This document shows positions 51,567 to 63,121 of a stretch of DNA of 64,000 nucleotides, in pieces. Source of the DNA: Atribacterota bacterium (GTDB lineage Bacteria > Atribacterota > Phoenicimicrobiia > Phoenicimicrobiales > Stramentimicrobiaceae). The stretch spans positions 1 to 64,000 of the forward strand of contig JAXGNR010000004.1 in the NCBI GenBank assembly GCA_040767965.1. Direction: 5' to 3'. Every line of letters begins with the position of its first letter. The stretch's first letter is position 1. The notes beneath the pieces were generated by a model that was not told where the DNA came from, made no database searches, and saw nothing but the letters and a program-made list of their open reading frames with translations. Made by a program: the position numbers and the translations under genes.

Positions 51567-52826
51567 ATGAACATTTATAATTTTGATGTAATAATAATAG
51601 GTGGGGGTCCTGCAGGAATGATAGCTGCAGGCAGGGCAGCAGAACAAGAAGGGGCAAAGGTTGCTATAATTGAAAAAAACAATATCTTAGGGCGAAAATT
51701 GTTAATTACCGGAAAAGGACGTTGTAATTTTACCCATTATGAATTTGACAGAGTTAAATTTGCAGAAAAATTTGGCAAAAAAGGGCGATTTTTATACAGT
51801 GCCCTGGAAAGATTTGGAATTCCAGAAACCTTAGATTTCTTCCAGTCAAGAGGATTGTCCTGGCAAGTAGAAAGAGGCAACAGAATATTTCCTGATCATG
51901 GAGATGCTAATTCAATTTTAAAGATACTTTTAGAATATTTAAAAAAAGGCCAGGTTAATGAGTTTGTAAATTCACAGGTAGTAGATGTTGAAAATATTAT
52001 TCATAAAGATAATTTTAAGGTTACTCTTTCTTCCGGGGATATTTTTCTGGCAAAAAAATTAATATTATGCACTGGAGGTAAATCATATCCCCAAACAGGC
52101 TCAACCGGTGATGGCTATAACTGGGCTAAAAAATTTGGCCATACAATTGTTCCTCTTGCTCCTGCCTTAAATCCAGTGAGGACAAGTGAAAAATGGGTCA
52201 CTGAATTGCAAGGTTTGACATTAAAGAATGTTTCTCTGCAATTATATAAAAATGGAAAAAAGCAGGAAGAAAGATTTGGTGAGATGTTATTTACTCATTT
52301 TGGAATAAGCGGACCAATTGTAATGGATATGAGTAAATATATTGATATACATTTAAAGAAAGGCAATGTAAAATTATGGCTAGACCTGAAGCCTGCTCTG
52401 GATTTCAAAAAATTAGACAAAAGAATTTTACGGGATTTTCAGGAGTTTAAAGGAAGAATTTTGAAAAACTGTTTAAAAAAATTATTACCTAATTCTTTAA
52501 TTGCGGTAATTTGCCATTTAGCCGGCATAGAAGAAGACCGGAAAATAGACTATATTTCAAAAGCAGAAAGAAATAATTTAGTACATACTATCAAAGAATT
52601 AGAGTTGACTCCCACAGAATTGTTAGGCTATAAATGGGCTATGATTACCAGCGGAGGATTAGACTTAAGGGAAATTAACCCTGATACAATGGAATCTAAA
52701 AAAATCAAAAATTTATACTTTGCAGGAGAAATCCTTGATTTAGATGGACCTTCAGGAGGATATAATCTGCAAGAATGCTGGAGTACTGGTTTTCTAGCTG
52801 GAGAAAATTCAGTCAAAGGTGATTAA
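51567..52826 (+). CDS. HI0933/BaiN-like flavoprotein
   Basis: GGGPAG, 'KLLITGKGRCNFT', 'GGKSYP.TGSTGDG', 'GGYNLQ'. Confidence 0.92.
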   Translation: MNIYNFDVIIIGGGPAGMIAAGRAAEQEGAKVAIIEKNNILGRKLLITGKGRCNFTHYEFDRVKFAEKFGKKGRFLYSALERFGIPETLDFFQSRGLSWQVERGNRIFPDHGDANSILKILLEYLKKGQVNEFVNSQVVDVENIIHKDNFKVTLSSGDIFLAKKLILCTGGKSYPQTGSTGDGYNWAKKFGHTIVPLAPALNPVRTSEKWVTELQGLTLKNVSLQLYKNGKKQEERFGEMLFTHFGISGPIVMDMSKYIDIHLKKGNVKLWLDLKPALDFKKLDKRILRDFQEFKGRILKNCLKKLLPNSLIAVICHLAGIEEDRKIDYISKAERNNLVHTIKELELTPTELLGYKWAMITSGGLDLREINPDTMESKKIKNLYFAGEILDLDGPSGGYNLQECWSTGFLAGENSVKGD

Positions 52827-54033
52827 AATGTTTTTCAGAAAAAAATCTATTTTATTAAAATCTATTTTATTTTTAATTTATTTTTTATTGATTACCAATA
52901 CTGGCCTTTGTGAGAACAATATTCTCAATGAAATTGCCAATTTTAATGGGTTTTCCGGTATCTGCATCAAGGACCTGGAATCTCAGGATTTGCTTTTTTC
53001 TTATAATCAGGATAATCTTTTTACTCCAGCTTCGCTAGTAAAGATTTTTACTCTCCTGGGTGCTTTAGAAAAGATGGGGCCTGATTACCTTTACAAGACT
53101 ATTATTTATTTCTCCAGTACAATTCCCGGGGAGGTTGATGGTGATCTTTATATAAAAGGATTTGGGGATCCAACTCAAGATCCTGAAATAATAAGACAGA
53201 TTGTCCTCAATTTAATATATAAATATAAACTTACAGGTATAAGTGGTGACATTGTTCTTGATGATTCTTCTTTTTTTAAAGAAGACTATTTGGGGAAAGG
53301 CTGGATGTGGGATGATCAAAACCCAATTATTGGAGCATTCACAATCAAGGGATATCACAGTAGAGAAAAACATGTTTCTTATTACCAGGAAATGACCAGG
53401 GAATGGGGGCAACTGTTTTCTATTGAATTAATAAAACAAAAGATTGATTTTAATGGTAGTATAAGATTAGGGGAAATACCCCCAGATTTAACAGTGAAAG
53501 ATATTTATTATTCTGATGAGCTGACAGAAATATTATCTCATATGATGAAGATGAGTGATAATCAAAGTGCTGAAATAATTTTTCGTACTCTTCCTTTTAT
53601 AAGTGATTTAAAAGAGGTTTCAACTATAGATTTTTCAATTATAGCTTTATCTGATATCCTAGAAAAGAAATTAAGCTTGACATGGGGAGAAGATTATATT
53701 TTGATGGATGGCTGTGGCTTATCTGAGTATAACCTGCTTACTCCAGAACAGGTAGTTATGGCTATTGATTATCTTTACCGGCAATATGGCTCTGAAATGT
53801 TGAAATATTTTGCAAATACTGAAGAGAGAGGAACTTTAAAGGAAAGATTCTCTTTCCCTTTATGGGGAAAGACAGGCAGTTTACCATCTGCTTCAGGATT
53901 AGCAGGGATATTGAATACAAAAAATAATAGATGTATTGCTTTTTGCATTCTGACAAACAGCTTTTTAGGAGAACAGAATAATCCAAAAAAATTCGAAGAT
54001 ATGATGGTAAACTATATTTATGAAAACTATTAA
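52819..54033 (+). CDS. dacB: D-Ala-D-Ala carboxypeptidase/endopeptidase (PBP4, S13)
   Basis: PASLVK, GFGDP, SDN, DGCGLS..N, KTG. Confidence 0.88.
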   Translation: MIKMFFRKKSILLKSILFLIYFLLITNTGLCENNILNEIANFNGFSGICIKDLESQDLLFSYNQDNLFTPASLVKIFTLLGALEKMGPDYLYKTIIYFSSTIPGEVDGDLYIKGFGDPTQDPEIIRQIVLNLIYKYKLTGISGDIVLDDSSFFKEDYLGKGWMWDDQNPIIGAFTIKGYHSREKHVSYYQEMTREWGQLFSIELIKQKIDFNGSIRLGEIPPDLTVKDIYYSDELTEILSHMMKMSDNQSAEIIFRTLPFISDLKEVSTIDFSIIALSDILEKKLSLTWGEDYILMDGCGLSEYNLLTPEQVVMAIDYLYRQYGSEMLKYFANTEERGTLKERFSFPLWGKTGSLPSASGLAGILNTKNNRCIAFCILTNSFLGEQNNPKKFEDMMVNYIYENY

Positions 54034-54173
54034 AAATAATAAATTGATTGTTTTTTCTTATTTGTATGCTGTTAAATAATTAACTTATTTTTTAAGTATC
54101 AGTAAAAATAAATTTATCTTTTCATAGTATAAAACGCAATCAATTTAAAATGATCTATAGGAGGAAAATAATA

Positions 54174-54781
54174 ATGGTAGAAAAAAATAAGCATTTAAAT
54201 TATCGCAATCTTTTTTATATTGCATTTGTACTTCTATATTTAATTCCTGTAGTTATTATTTTTTATCATGGTTACAGAGATTATTTCCAATTATTCCGGC
54301 GTTTGGCTGGATTAACAGGACTTTCTTCCTTATTTATAGCAATTATTTTAAGCTCATTTGTAAAGCAAAGTAAGGCGATATTTGGAGTAGTATATTTGAA
54401 AATTCATCATTTTTTTTCCATTCTGGGATTGGTGCTGATTAGTCTGCATCCCTTAATTATGATGGTAGATTTTGGAACAACCAGAATATTAATACCAAAT
54501 TTCAGTTCCTGGATGCCTTTATTACAAACGGTGGTCGTTTTGCCATTTATATTATCTATATTGCTGCTCTTGCAGCTGTTTTGAAGAAAAAAATTATAAA
54601 ATACTGGAAAAGCATACATACTTTATTATACCCAGCTTTTTTGCTGAGTGCCATCCATGGTATATACCAGGGTAGCGATTTAAGAAACCCAATTTTATAT
54701 TATTTGTTATTAACCATGATTATCCTGGTAGTTATTAATTTCCTTTTTAAGAGAAATTTGCTTAAGAATAAGATTCAATAA
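54174..54781 (+). pseudogene. Ferric reductase-like transmembrane protein, one frameshift at ~54510
   Basis: His pairs in TMs (IHH..LH; IH..IH); adding one G after TGG joins ORFs 54150-54584 and 54581-54781. Confidence 0.7.
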
Positions 54782-54808
54782 AATTGATGTTGGTATTCAG
54801 GAGTAATA

Positions 54809-55486
54809 ATGCTATTTATAAACCCATTATATCTTTTACTTATCATTCCTGCTTTATTAGGCTGGTTTGCTCAATGGCGGGTACAATTCATTTACTATCA
54901 ATATTTAAAACAACCTAATAAAAATTATATTGACGGTAGTGAGGTTATTAAAATATTTTTAACACACTATCAGTTAAACCTGCCAATAGTAGTTAATAAG
55001 AAAAAACTTGTTAATTATTATAATCCTCAAAATAAAACATTACATTTTTCAAACGAAATCCTGGAAAGTGCTTCCATTACTTCCATGGGGATTGTAGCAC
55101 ATGAAATAGCTCATGTAATACAGGATAAAGAAGGATGTAAATTTATGGTTTTGAGAAATAATCTGGCTAAAAATCTGGCAATTTTGGGACAATTTACCCC
55201 AATATTGTTTTTTTGGGGTATTATTTTCCGTCACCTTATTTTTGTTTATGCTGCTGTGCTATTATTGTTTGGATTAACAGTTTTTGCAATATTGTCTCTA
55301 CCTATAGAGATAAATGCCAGCAAAAGAGGGTTAAACGCCTTAAATGAACTGAATATTGCTGATGAACATGATATTAAAGGAGTTTCACTTGTATTAAGGC
55401 ATGCCGCCTTTACTTATTTTGCTGGAGCATTACAAAAAATAGGCACTTTTTTATTTATTGCAACTATGTTGCTGATGTTTCGTTAA
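54809..55486 (+). CDS. Neutral zinc metallopeptidase (YugP-like)
   Basis: AHEIAHVIQ, 'LPIEINASKR', 'AAFTY'. Confidence 0.88.
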   Translation: MLFINPLYLLLIIPALLGWFAQWRVQFIYYQYLKQPNKNYIDGSEVIKIFLTHYQLNLPIVVNKKKLVNYYNPQNKTLHFSNEILESASITSMGIVAHEIAHVIQDKEGCKFMVLRNNLAKNLAILGQFTPILFFWGIIFRHLIFVYAAVLLLFGLTVFAILSLPIEINASKRGLNALNELNIADEHDIKGVSLVLRHAAFTYFAGALQKIGTFLFIATMLLMFR

Positions 55487-55638
55487 TATTACAAATTAAA
55501 GAATATTAATCGGTTTTGTAATTCAATTTTAGCCGATAATATAGTAAAATAGACTATAAAGAAATTATCTTATTATTAAATCTAATTGTTAAATTATTAA
55601 ACAATCAATTCCAGCATTCCAAAATAAAGAGGAGACAA

Positions 55639-57978
55639 ATGATTAAAGTTATAAAAAGAAATAATACAATTCAATATTTTGACCAGAAAAAAATTATCAA
55701 TGCCATTACTCAGGCTATGCGAGAAACTATCAAAGGAGTAGACCAAGATCTTTGTGCCTCTATTGCCCAAAAAATTGAAGATGATTTAAAAAATTCTCAA
55801 AAAAGCGTTACTGTTGCAGAGATTCAAGAACAGGTAGAAAATGAATTGATGAACAGTGAGAGAAAAGATGTTGCCAAAACTTATATTTTGTATCGGGAAC
55901 AAAGAGACAAGTTGAGAGATATAAATCCTGGTAATGATAAATTATTAACTGATGAATTTATCAGTAAATATAAGCATTTATCCAATCCTTTTCCAACCCA
56001 GTTAGGGCACTTTGTCTATTACCGAACATATTCCAGATGGCTTTCAATGGAAAAAAGGAGAGAATATTGGTGGGAAACTGCAAGAAGGGCAGTTGAATTT
56101 AATTGCAATTTAGTTAAGACAAGCCAGAAGGAAGCAGAGATTTTATATGACAATGTATTCCATTTACGGCAGTTTTTAGCGGGTAGAACATTATGGACTG
56201 GAGGGACTGAAGTAAGTTCAAAATACCCCATGGCTAATTTTAATTGCAGCTTTACTGTTCTGGATAAATTCAGTATTTTTAAAGAACTTTTTTATTTACT
56301 GATGATAGGTTCAGGAGTTGGTGTCAGAGTTTTAAAATCAGATGTAGAAAAATTACCAAAAATAAGAACAAACATTAAAATAATCCACGAAGCATATTCA
56401 CCTGTGGTCAAAGAAAAGAGAGAAGATTTGACCAGTGTTTATTTTCAGAAAGAAACAGCCCATATAATTGTAGGGGACAGCAAAGAGGGCTGGGTTCAAT
56501 CTCTGGATTTTTATATGAGCATTTTATCAAAAAAAGAATATCGGGACATTAATACCATTATTTTAAATTATAACAACGTAAGGCCTAAGGGAGAAAAATT
56601 AAAAACGTTTGGAGGAACTGCTTCAGGATATGAAAGCCTGGAAAGAATGTTTTCTAAGATAGATAAAGTAATCAAATATAATTGTTTTGGCAAACTAAAA
56701 AAATTAAGACCAGTTGATTGTATGGATATCGCCAATATTATTGGTCAGAATGTAGTGGTAGGGGGAGTTAGAAGAACCAGCGAGGTTATTTTGTTTGATA
56801 GAGACGATCAGGATATTTTAAATGCCAAGAATAATTTGTATGAGCAAATTGATGGTAAATGGGTAAAAAATGAAGAAATTGATTTCAGGGAAATGAGCAA
56901 TAACAGTATTTTTTACACTTCAAAGCCTTCCAGGGAACAGTTAGCCTGGCATGTTAAACAAATGCGTTATAGTGGAGAGCCTGGTTTTATGAATGCTGAA
57001 GCTGCAGCAAAAAGAAGACCTAATTTAGAAGGTGCAAATCCCTGCATGGAAGTATTGCTTGATAGAGAACAAATGTGTAATTTGACTACAGTAAATGTGA
57101 TGGGTTTTGTCAAAGAAGAAAAGCTGGACGAAGAACAACTACTGCAAGCGCAGAGACTATCTGTCAGAGCAGGATTCAGAATGACTTTTTTAGATTTGGA
57201 AATGGATCAGTGGGATGTTAAACAAAAAAGAGATAGATTAATTGGTTGTAGCTTGACTGGCTGGCAAGATATGGTTAATGCTACAAATATGTCCAAAGAG
57301 GAACAGTCAGCTTTAAGAATAAAGCTCAAGGAGACGGCACATCAGGAAGCTGATTTATATGCCAGAAAATTAGGGGTTGAACCGCCGCTTTTGATTACAA
57401 CCGTGAAACCTGAAGGAACCCTTTCCCAATTACCAACTGTTTCCAGCGGTGTTCACTATTCTCATGCGCCTTATTTTATCAGAAGAGTCAGAATAAATGC
57501 TTCTGATCCGTTGTTGAAGGTATGTGAAGAGTTAGGTTATGATATAAAACCAGAAAATGGGCAAACTGAAGAAAGCTGTAGAACAAAAGTACTTTCTTTC
57601 CCATGCAGTGCCCCTCATGGTAAGACAAAAAAAGATGTTTCTGCGATAGAACAGTTGGAAACATATAGAGCTTTTCAAAAAGAATATACTGATCATAATA
57701 CATCAATTACAGTTCATGTCAGGAATGATGAGTGGGTAGAAGTGGAAGAATGGTTATGGAATAATTGGGATGATATTGTTGCAGTGAGTTTTGTTTCCCT
57801 GGACGACAGTTTTTATGCTCAAATGCCTTATGAGGAAATCAGCAAAGAAGAATATGAAAGAAGAGAAAAAGAAATGATCCATTTTATTCCATCACTTATA
57901 CCAAAATATGAAAAAGATGAAATGTTAATTGACCCGGGAGATGAATCTTGTGAAAGTGGCGTGTGCCCGATAAGATAA
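55639..57978 (+). CDS. nrdJ: Class II adenosylcobalamin-dependent ribonucleotide reductase with ATP cone
   Basis: ATP cone 'VIKRN...F..KI', RTYSR, FNC, VRRTS, NPCME, CNL, KPEGT, C-terminal CESGVCP; no adjacent beta subunit. Confidence 0.92.
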   Translation: MIKVIKRNNTIQYFDQKKIINAITQAMRETIKGVDQDLCASIAQKIEDDLKNSQKSVTVAEIQEQVENELMNSERKDVAKTYILYREQRDKLRDINPGNDKLLTDEFISKYKHLSNPFPTQLGHFVYYRTYSRWLSMEKRREYWWETARRAVEFNCNLVKTSQKEAEILYDNVFHLRQFLAGRTLWTGGTEVSSKYPMANFNCSFTVLDKFSIFKELFYLLMIGSGVGVRVLKSDVEKLPKIRTNIKIIHEAYSPVVKEKREDLTSVYFQKETAHIIVGDSKEGWVQSLDFYMSILSKKEYRDINTIILNYNNVRPKGEKLKTFGGTASGYESLERMFSKIDKVIKYNCFGKLKKLRPVDCMDIANIIGQNVVVGGVRRTSEVILFDRDDQDILNAKNNLYEQIDGKWVKNEEIDFREMSNNSIFYTSKPSREQLAWHVKQMRYSGEPGFMNAEAAAKRRPNLEGANPCMEVLLDREQMCNLTTVNVMGFVKEEKLDEEQLLQAQRLSVRAGFRMTFLDLEMDQWDVKQKRDRLIGCSLTGWQDMVNATNMSKEEQSALRIKLKETAHQEADLYARKLGVEPPLLITTVKPEGTLSQLPTVSSGVHYSHAPYFIRRVRINASDPLLKVCEELGYDIKPENGQTEESCRTKVLSFPCSAPHGKTKKDVSAIEQLETYRAFQKEYTDHNTSITVHVRNDEWVEVEEWLWNNWDDIVAVSFVSLDDSFYAQMPYEEISKEEYERREKEMIHFIPSLIPKYEKDEMLIDPGDESCESGVCPIR

Positions 57979-58064
57979 AAAATTATTAGTTATTAGGTTA
58001 AAAAGATATTGGAATAAAAGAGTAAGAATCGTAAAAATTATATTTAAAAAATAAATAAATGTAA

Positions 58065-58112
58065 ATAGAAAAAAGATAGGAGCTCTAAAATAGGCTCCTG
58101 TCTTTTTTCTAT
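58065..58112. terminator. Bidirectional terminator
   Basis: TAGAAAAAAGATAGGAGC..GCTCCTGTCTTTTTTCTA. Confidence 0.75.
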
Positions 58113-58289
58113 AAGAGAGTAGAATGTAATTTGTTTTAATCATAAATTACAATTTATTGTAGGAATAAATTAATTTACCCACCTAAGAGAATGTGCCTGT
58201 TTTCTATTGGCAGAAGAATCAGTTGGAACTTGTTAAAACAGAAATATTTTTTATTAAAAACTTTATTTGTAGCAAATACAATAAGAAAT

Positions 58290-58979
58290 TTAAGCGAGAT
58301 AAAAGAAGATAGCCAAAAAATGAGTAATACTTCCTGCCATCACGAAAAGATGCCAAATAGTATGGTGGTAACGAATTTTTGGAGAGAAAAAAAAGAATAC
58401 TCCTAACAGGTAAAAAAGCCCGCCTGTAACGATCCATAAAAGCATTTTTACAGGAACAGCATTCAAAAGAGGCTTAGTAGCAGTGATTATTAATAAGCCC
58501 ATAAAAATGTATAGTATAACTGATATTACCTGTGTTTTATTGAAAAAGAAATATTTCATCAGTATTCCGATTACTGCTATCCCCCATACTAATCCAAACA
58601 GTGTCCATCCCCATGTGCCACGCAATGCTATAAGGGTAATTGGGGTATATGAACCTGCAATTAGAAGATAGATAGCAGAATGGTCGAACATTTGCAGGGT
58701 CTTTTTAGTTTTAGAATCAATTATCCAGTGATAAGCAGTAGAAGCCAGATAGAGGATAACAAGAGTTGAACCATAAATACCAAAACTTACAATTTGCCAC
58801 AAATTCCCTTTTGTGATAGCAATAAAAAGTAGATAAGCTAAACCGGCAATGCTTAGTACTGTACCGATACCATGAGTAAAGGCATTGGCCTTTTCCTGAT
58901 AAGCCATACCGTTTGTTGCTATTTCAGCATTTTCTAAAGCGATTTCTACTACACTATCAAAATAATTTTTTAATTTCAT
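58290..58979 (-). CDS. Hemolysin III / PAQR family membrane protein
   Basis: 'EKANAFTHG', 'STAYH', 'DHSAIYLLIAGSYTP', 'HTIWHLFV'. Confidence 0.92.
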   Translation of the reverse strand: MKLKNYFDSVVEIALENAEIATNGMAYQEKANAFTHGIGTVLSIAGLAYLLFIAITKGNLWQIVSFGIYGSTLVILYLASTAYHWIIDSKTKKTLQMFDHSAIYLLIAGSYTPITLIALRGTWGWTLFGLVWGIAVIGILMKYFFFNKTQVISVILYIFMGLLIITATKPLLNAVPVKMLLWIVTGGLFYLLGVFFFFSPKIRYHHTIWHLFVMAGSITHFLAIFFYLA

Positions 58980-59180
58980 AATTCCTGGTTAGTTATGTTT
59001 TTCAATTTTTCTTTTAAGCTATTGCATTATAGCATAAGAATATATTTATCGTAAACAATAATAAGTGAATATCTTGTTATTTGAACTTGAAAAATGATCT
59101 CTTCTGAATTAAATTATTAAATATTTTAGAATTCATTTAAAATTTCTTTTAATGAAGATTTATTTATAAAATACTTATAT

Positions 59181-60998
59181 TCAGGCTAAATTTTTACGGT
59201 ATTGGTAACGTGAATTGTGATCAAGAATTCTTTTACGCAAACGGATATTTTCCGGAGTTATTTCTGCTAATTCATCTTCTTGAATAAACTCCAGAGCTCT
59301 TTCAAGAGACAAAATTCTAGGCTTTTCCAGTCTTAAAGCATCGTCAGAACCACTGGCCCTCATATTGGTAACATGCTTTTTCTTATTGACATTAACTTCA
59401 AGATCATTTTCTCTTTTATTTTCTCCAACGATCATACCCTGATAAACTCTGGTTGCAGGTCCAACAAATAAACTGCCCCTACTTTGAGCGTTGTAAAGGC
59501 CATAAGTACTGGTAATACCGTCTTCAAAAGCAATAAGCACGCCTTTGGATCGGGATGGTATATATCCTTTGTATGGCTGATATTCTAAAAAGAGATGATT
59601 CATGATGCCCTGTCCTTTTGTTAAAGTTAATAATTCGTTTCGAAAACCAATTAATCCTCTGGCAGGTATTTGGAATACAAGGCGTAAATGATTAAAGGAA
59701 AATTCTTGCATACTAGTTAATTCTCCTTTTCTAACACCACACATATGCATAACTGTATTTAAATAATCTTTGGGTATATCACAAGTCATTAATTCTATTG
59801 GCTCGTATTTTTCCCCATTTTCAAAGTGAAAAATAACATCTGGTTTAGAAACCTGAAACTCATATCCTTCTCTGCGCATTTTTTCAATCAGGATAGACAG
59901 GTGCAATTCTCCTCTTCCAGAAACCCGAAAAGTATCCATAGTTTCTGTTTCTTCTACTTTCAAACTGACATTTGTTTCGATTTCTTTAAATAGTCTTTCC
60001 CGTAAGTGACGTGAGGTAACAAATTTTCCTTCCTGACCGGCAAAAGGGCTATCATTTACTTTAAATTCAATAGTAAGAGTTGGTTCGTCGATCTTGATTA
60101 CAGATAAGGCAATAGGGTTTTCTGAATCAGCAATTGTTTCACCTATTCCTGCTTCACTTATTCCAGCAACAGCAATAATTTCCCCAGAACAGGCTTGAGT
60201 AGTTTCTACCTTTTCCAGCCCTTCAAAAATATATAGTTTGCTGATTTTCCCATTGATAATCTTATTATTTCTTTTGATAAGGGCAATGTTTTCACCTTGT
60301 TTAATTTTTCCGCTTATTATAAGCCCAACAGCAATTTTGCCAACATAATCATCATAATCAAGATTGGTAATTAATACCTGCAAAGGTCCTTCATTATTGG
60401 TAACAGGTGAAGGTACATGTTCGATGATAGATGAAAACAATACTTCCATATTATTATTTAATGATTTTGGCGAATTCCCTGCCAAGCCTGCCTGTGCTGA
60501 AGTATATACTACCGGAAATTCTATCTGCTTGTCGCCTGCTCCTAATTCAATAAATAAATCATAAATCTCATTCAGGACTTCTTTAGGCCGAGCATTAGTA
60601 CGATCTATTTTATTTATTACTACAATTGGTATTAAATTTAATTCCATCGATTTTTGCAAGACAAATCGCGTTTGAGGCATTGGTCCTTCAACTGCGTCAA
60701 CGATTAACAAAATACCATTTACCATTCTTAGTATTCTTTCAACTTCTCCTCCGAAATCTGCATGCCCTGGGGTATCGATGATATTAATTTTAGTATTTTT
60801 CCAAAAAATTGAGGCATTTTTTGAAAAAATAGTTATCCCTCTTTCTTGCTCCATATCGTTAGAGTCCATTATTCTTTCTTTTAATTGCTGATTTTCCCTG
60901 AAGGTGCCACTTTGTTTTAACATAGCATCAACCAATGTAGTTTTTCCATGATCTACATGAGCAACTAAAGCAATATTTTTTATGTCTGTATATTTCAT
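59181..60998 (-). CDS. typA: Translational GTPase TypA/BipA
   Basis: AHVDHGKTT, ERGITI, DTPGHADF, NKID, GRGELHL. Confidence 0.97.
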   Translation of the reverse strand: MKYTDIKNIALVAHVDHGKTTLVDAMLKQSGTFRENQQLKERIMDSNDMEQERGITIFSKNASIFWKNTKINIIDTPGHADFGGEVERILRMVNGILLIVDAVEGPMPQTRFVLQKSMELNLIPIVVINKIDRTNARPKEVLNEIYDLFIELGAGDKQIEFPVVYTSAQAGLAGNSPKSLNNNMEVLFSSIIEHVPSPVTNNEGPLQVLITNLDYDDYVGKIAVGLIISGKIKQGENIALIKRNNKIINGKISKLYIFEGLEKVETTQACSGEIIAVAGISEAGIGETIADSENPIALSVIKIDEPTLTIEFKVNDSPFAGQEGKFVTSRHLRERLFKEIETNVSLKVEETETMDTFRVSGRGELHLSILIEKMRREGYEFQVSKPDVIFHFENGEKYEPIELMTCDIPKDYLNTVMHMCGVRKGELTSMQEFSFNHLRLVFQIPARGLIGFRNELLTLTKGQGIMNHLFLEYQPYKGYIPSRSKGVLIAFEDGITSTYGLYNAQSRGSLFVGPATRVYQGMIVGENKRENDLEVNVNKKKHVTNMRASGSDDALRLEKPRILSLERALEFIQEDELAEITPENIRLRKRILDHNSRYQYRKNLA

Positions 60999-61216
60999 TT
61001 TGACCTTATCTTATAATAATATATTTTAATTTTTGTTAAAAAACAGAATAAAATACTAACACAAAACAGGTAATTATGCAAAGAAATATTATATTCAGGT
61101 TTTTTACTTATTTATAACAAGCCGGTAATCCTTATTGTTCAGTTTTAAAAAAGGAATAATTATTGTATAATTATTATTAACAAAGTGTAAAATATGAATA
61201 AAATTTGGAGGAAAAA

Positions 61217-61657
61217 ATGAATAAGAATATTATGAGAGTAACAATCTGCTTTATTATATTTTTCAATATTTTTTTTCTGCTTATGCCCCAAGCCCAAGAA
61301 ATTATTCCTGAATCACAAATGGTCAAAAACCTTATCCTGTGTAAAGATATTGAAAACAATGAACCAGTGATGGAAACAGATTCTTTTAATACCTGGGATG
61401 AAAAAGCAGTTGCATGGATCCAGTTTAACCATGAAACGGATAGTCCTTTTGTGGTTTCCTGGGAATGGGTTGACCCTACCGGAAAGATTTATCATATTGG
61501 TCAACTGGAAATGGATGCGGGAATTTACCAAAACTATCGCAGCTGGTATTGGATTAGTATTAAAGAGCATTATGCTGCTAACATAGCTGGAAATTGGCAA
61601 GTAAGAATTTTTATCGGGGATGATTTTCTGGCAGCAAAAAACTTTACAATTTATTAA
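61217..61657 (+). CDS. Hypothetical secreted beta-sandwich protein
   Basis: GGAGG RBS, signal peptide, 'W..P.G', 'G.W.V.I' motifs. Confidence 0.65.
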   Translation: MNKNIMRVTICFIIFFNIFFLLMPQAQEIIPESQMVKNLILCKDIENNEPVMETDSFNTWDEKAVAWIQFNHETDSPFVVSWEWVDPTGKIYHIGQLEMDAGIYQNYRSWYWISIKEHYAANIAGNWQVRIFIGDDFLAAKNFTIY

Positions 61658-61931
61658 TGTAAATAATAGCTATAATATCCCCTAAGCTCTTTCTTATTAG
61701 TTTTGAACATTGTTTTTCTTATTCTGATCTTTTTCTGAATTAAAAAGAAAAATAATTAATTTATTCCCGCAATTGAGGAAGAAGCAAATTGATAAATAGA
61801 AGCCATAAGTAATTTAGAATAAAGAGATTGTTTGTATTACAATATTTTATAAGTTCTATTTAACTAGTTTAATTATAAAATTATCTATAATTAAAAATAT
61901 TATGAATCTGCAAAGAAAGAGGTATTAAGGA

Positions 61932-62927
61932 ATGCCAGTTAGTTTAAAAAATCGTCATTTGCTCACCTTGAAGGATTTTTCTGCTGAAGAAATCAACTAT
62001 TTATTGGATTTGGCATTTAAGCTAAAAAAGGAAAAGGCTGATGGTACAGAACAGCAAAAATTGAAAGGTAAAAACATAGCCTTAATATTTGAAAAAACTT
62101 CTACCAGAACCCGATGCGCATTTGAAGTAGCTGCTTTTGATCAAGGAGCAAATATTACTTATTTGGGTCCTACAGGTACTCAGATGGGCAAAAAAGAATC
62201 AATGGAAGATACAGCAAAAGTTTTAGGTAGGTATTTTGACGGAATAGAATTCAGAGGTTTTAAGCAAGAGTCAGTTGAAATGCTGGCCAAATATTCCGGT
62301 TCAGTAGTATGGAATGGTCTTACTGACCTTTATCATCCAACACAAGCATTAGCAGATCTGATGACCATAAAAGAAAAAGTTGATAAACCGTTAAATGAGG
62401 CAGTACTAGTTTACATAGGTGATGGAAGAAATAATGTTGCTAACTCTTTGTTGATTGCCTGCTCTATTATGGGAATGGAATTTAGAATAGTTTCACCAAA
62501 ACCTTTATTCCCCAGTGAAGAATTAATAAAAGAAGCCCGGCAGGTAGCGGGAAAATCAGGGGCAGTTATTAAAATCACTGATAATCTTGAAAAAGGAGTG
62601 GAAAAAGCAGATGCCCTTTATACTGATGTATGGGTATCAATGGGAGAAGAGGACCAGCTAAAAAGAAGAATTGCACTATTGAAAGATTATCAGATTAACA
62701 TGGGAGTTATTCAGAACACAAAAAATCCTAATGTAATTTTCTTGCATTGTTTACCTGCTTTTCATGATACAAATACCTCTACAGGAAAAGAAGTTTTTGA
62801 AAAGTATGGTTTAGAATCCATGGAAGTTACTGATGAAGTTTTTCGCAGCAAATATTCTGTAGTATTTGATGAAGCTGAAAACAGATTACACACTATCAAA
62901 GCGATTATGGTAGCTACATTGACTTAA
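61932..62927 (+). CDS. argF: Ornithine carbamoyltransferase
   Basis: STRTR, HPTQ, DVWVSMG, HCLP, ENR. Confidence 0.95.
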   Translation: MPVSLKNRHLLTLKDFSAEEINYLLDLAFKLKKEKADGTEQQKLKGKNIALIFEKTSTRTRCAFEVAAFDQGANITYLGPTGTQMGKKESMEDTAKVLGRYFDGIEFRGFKQESVEMLAKYSGSVVWNGLTDLYHPTQALADLMTIKEKVDKPLNEAVLVYIGDGRNNVANSLLIACSIMGMEFRIVSPKPLFPSEELIKEARQVAGKSGAVIKITDNLEKGVEKADALYTDVWVSMGEEDQLKRRIALLKDYQINMGVIQNTKNPNVIFLHCLPAFHDTNTSTGKEVFEKYGLESMEVTDEVFRSKYSVVFDEAENRLHTIKAIMVATLT

Positions 62928-63121
62928 TAAAATAATTTTTAATATTTTAATATCTGAAAGTATAAAAGAAGAGAATAGATTACAGAAAAATGATTTAGTG
63001 TTTCCTGGATACATTGGTTTCAGGAGACATGTAAATAAATATTGTTTTTTGTTAGAGTTAAAAAATAAAAATGCAATTAAACTTTCCAAAAATATGCAAT
63101 AAATAATTTTCAAAATGAGGA

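Noticed and set aside
54500-54590. Programmed frameshift in the ferric reductase-like gene
   Set aside because: No slippery heptamer at the break; a single missing G in a G run explains it (error or mutation).
55639-57978. Intein or intron in nrdJ, and an upstream NrdR box
   Set aside because: Length is normal, no splice motifs are seen, and there is no convincing NrdR palindrome in 55490-55638.
62928-63121. PyrR-binding attenuator upstream of pyrR
   Set aside because: No AGUCC.GUGAGG-type binding loop or terminator pair recognisable, and no pyr biosynthetic genes follow.
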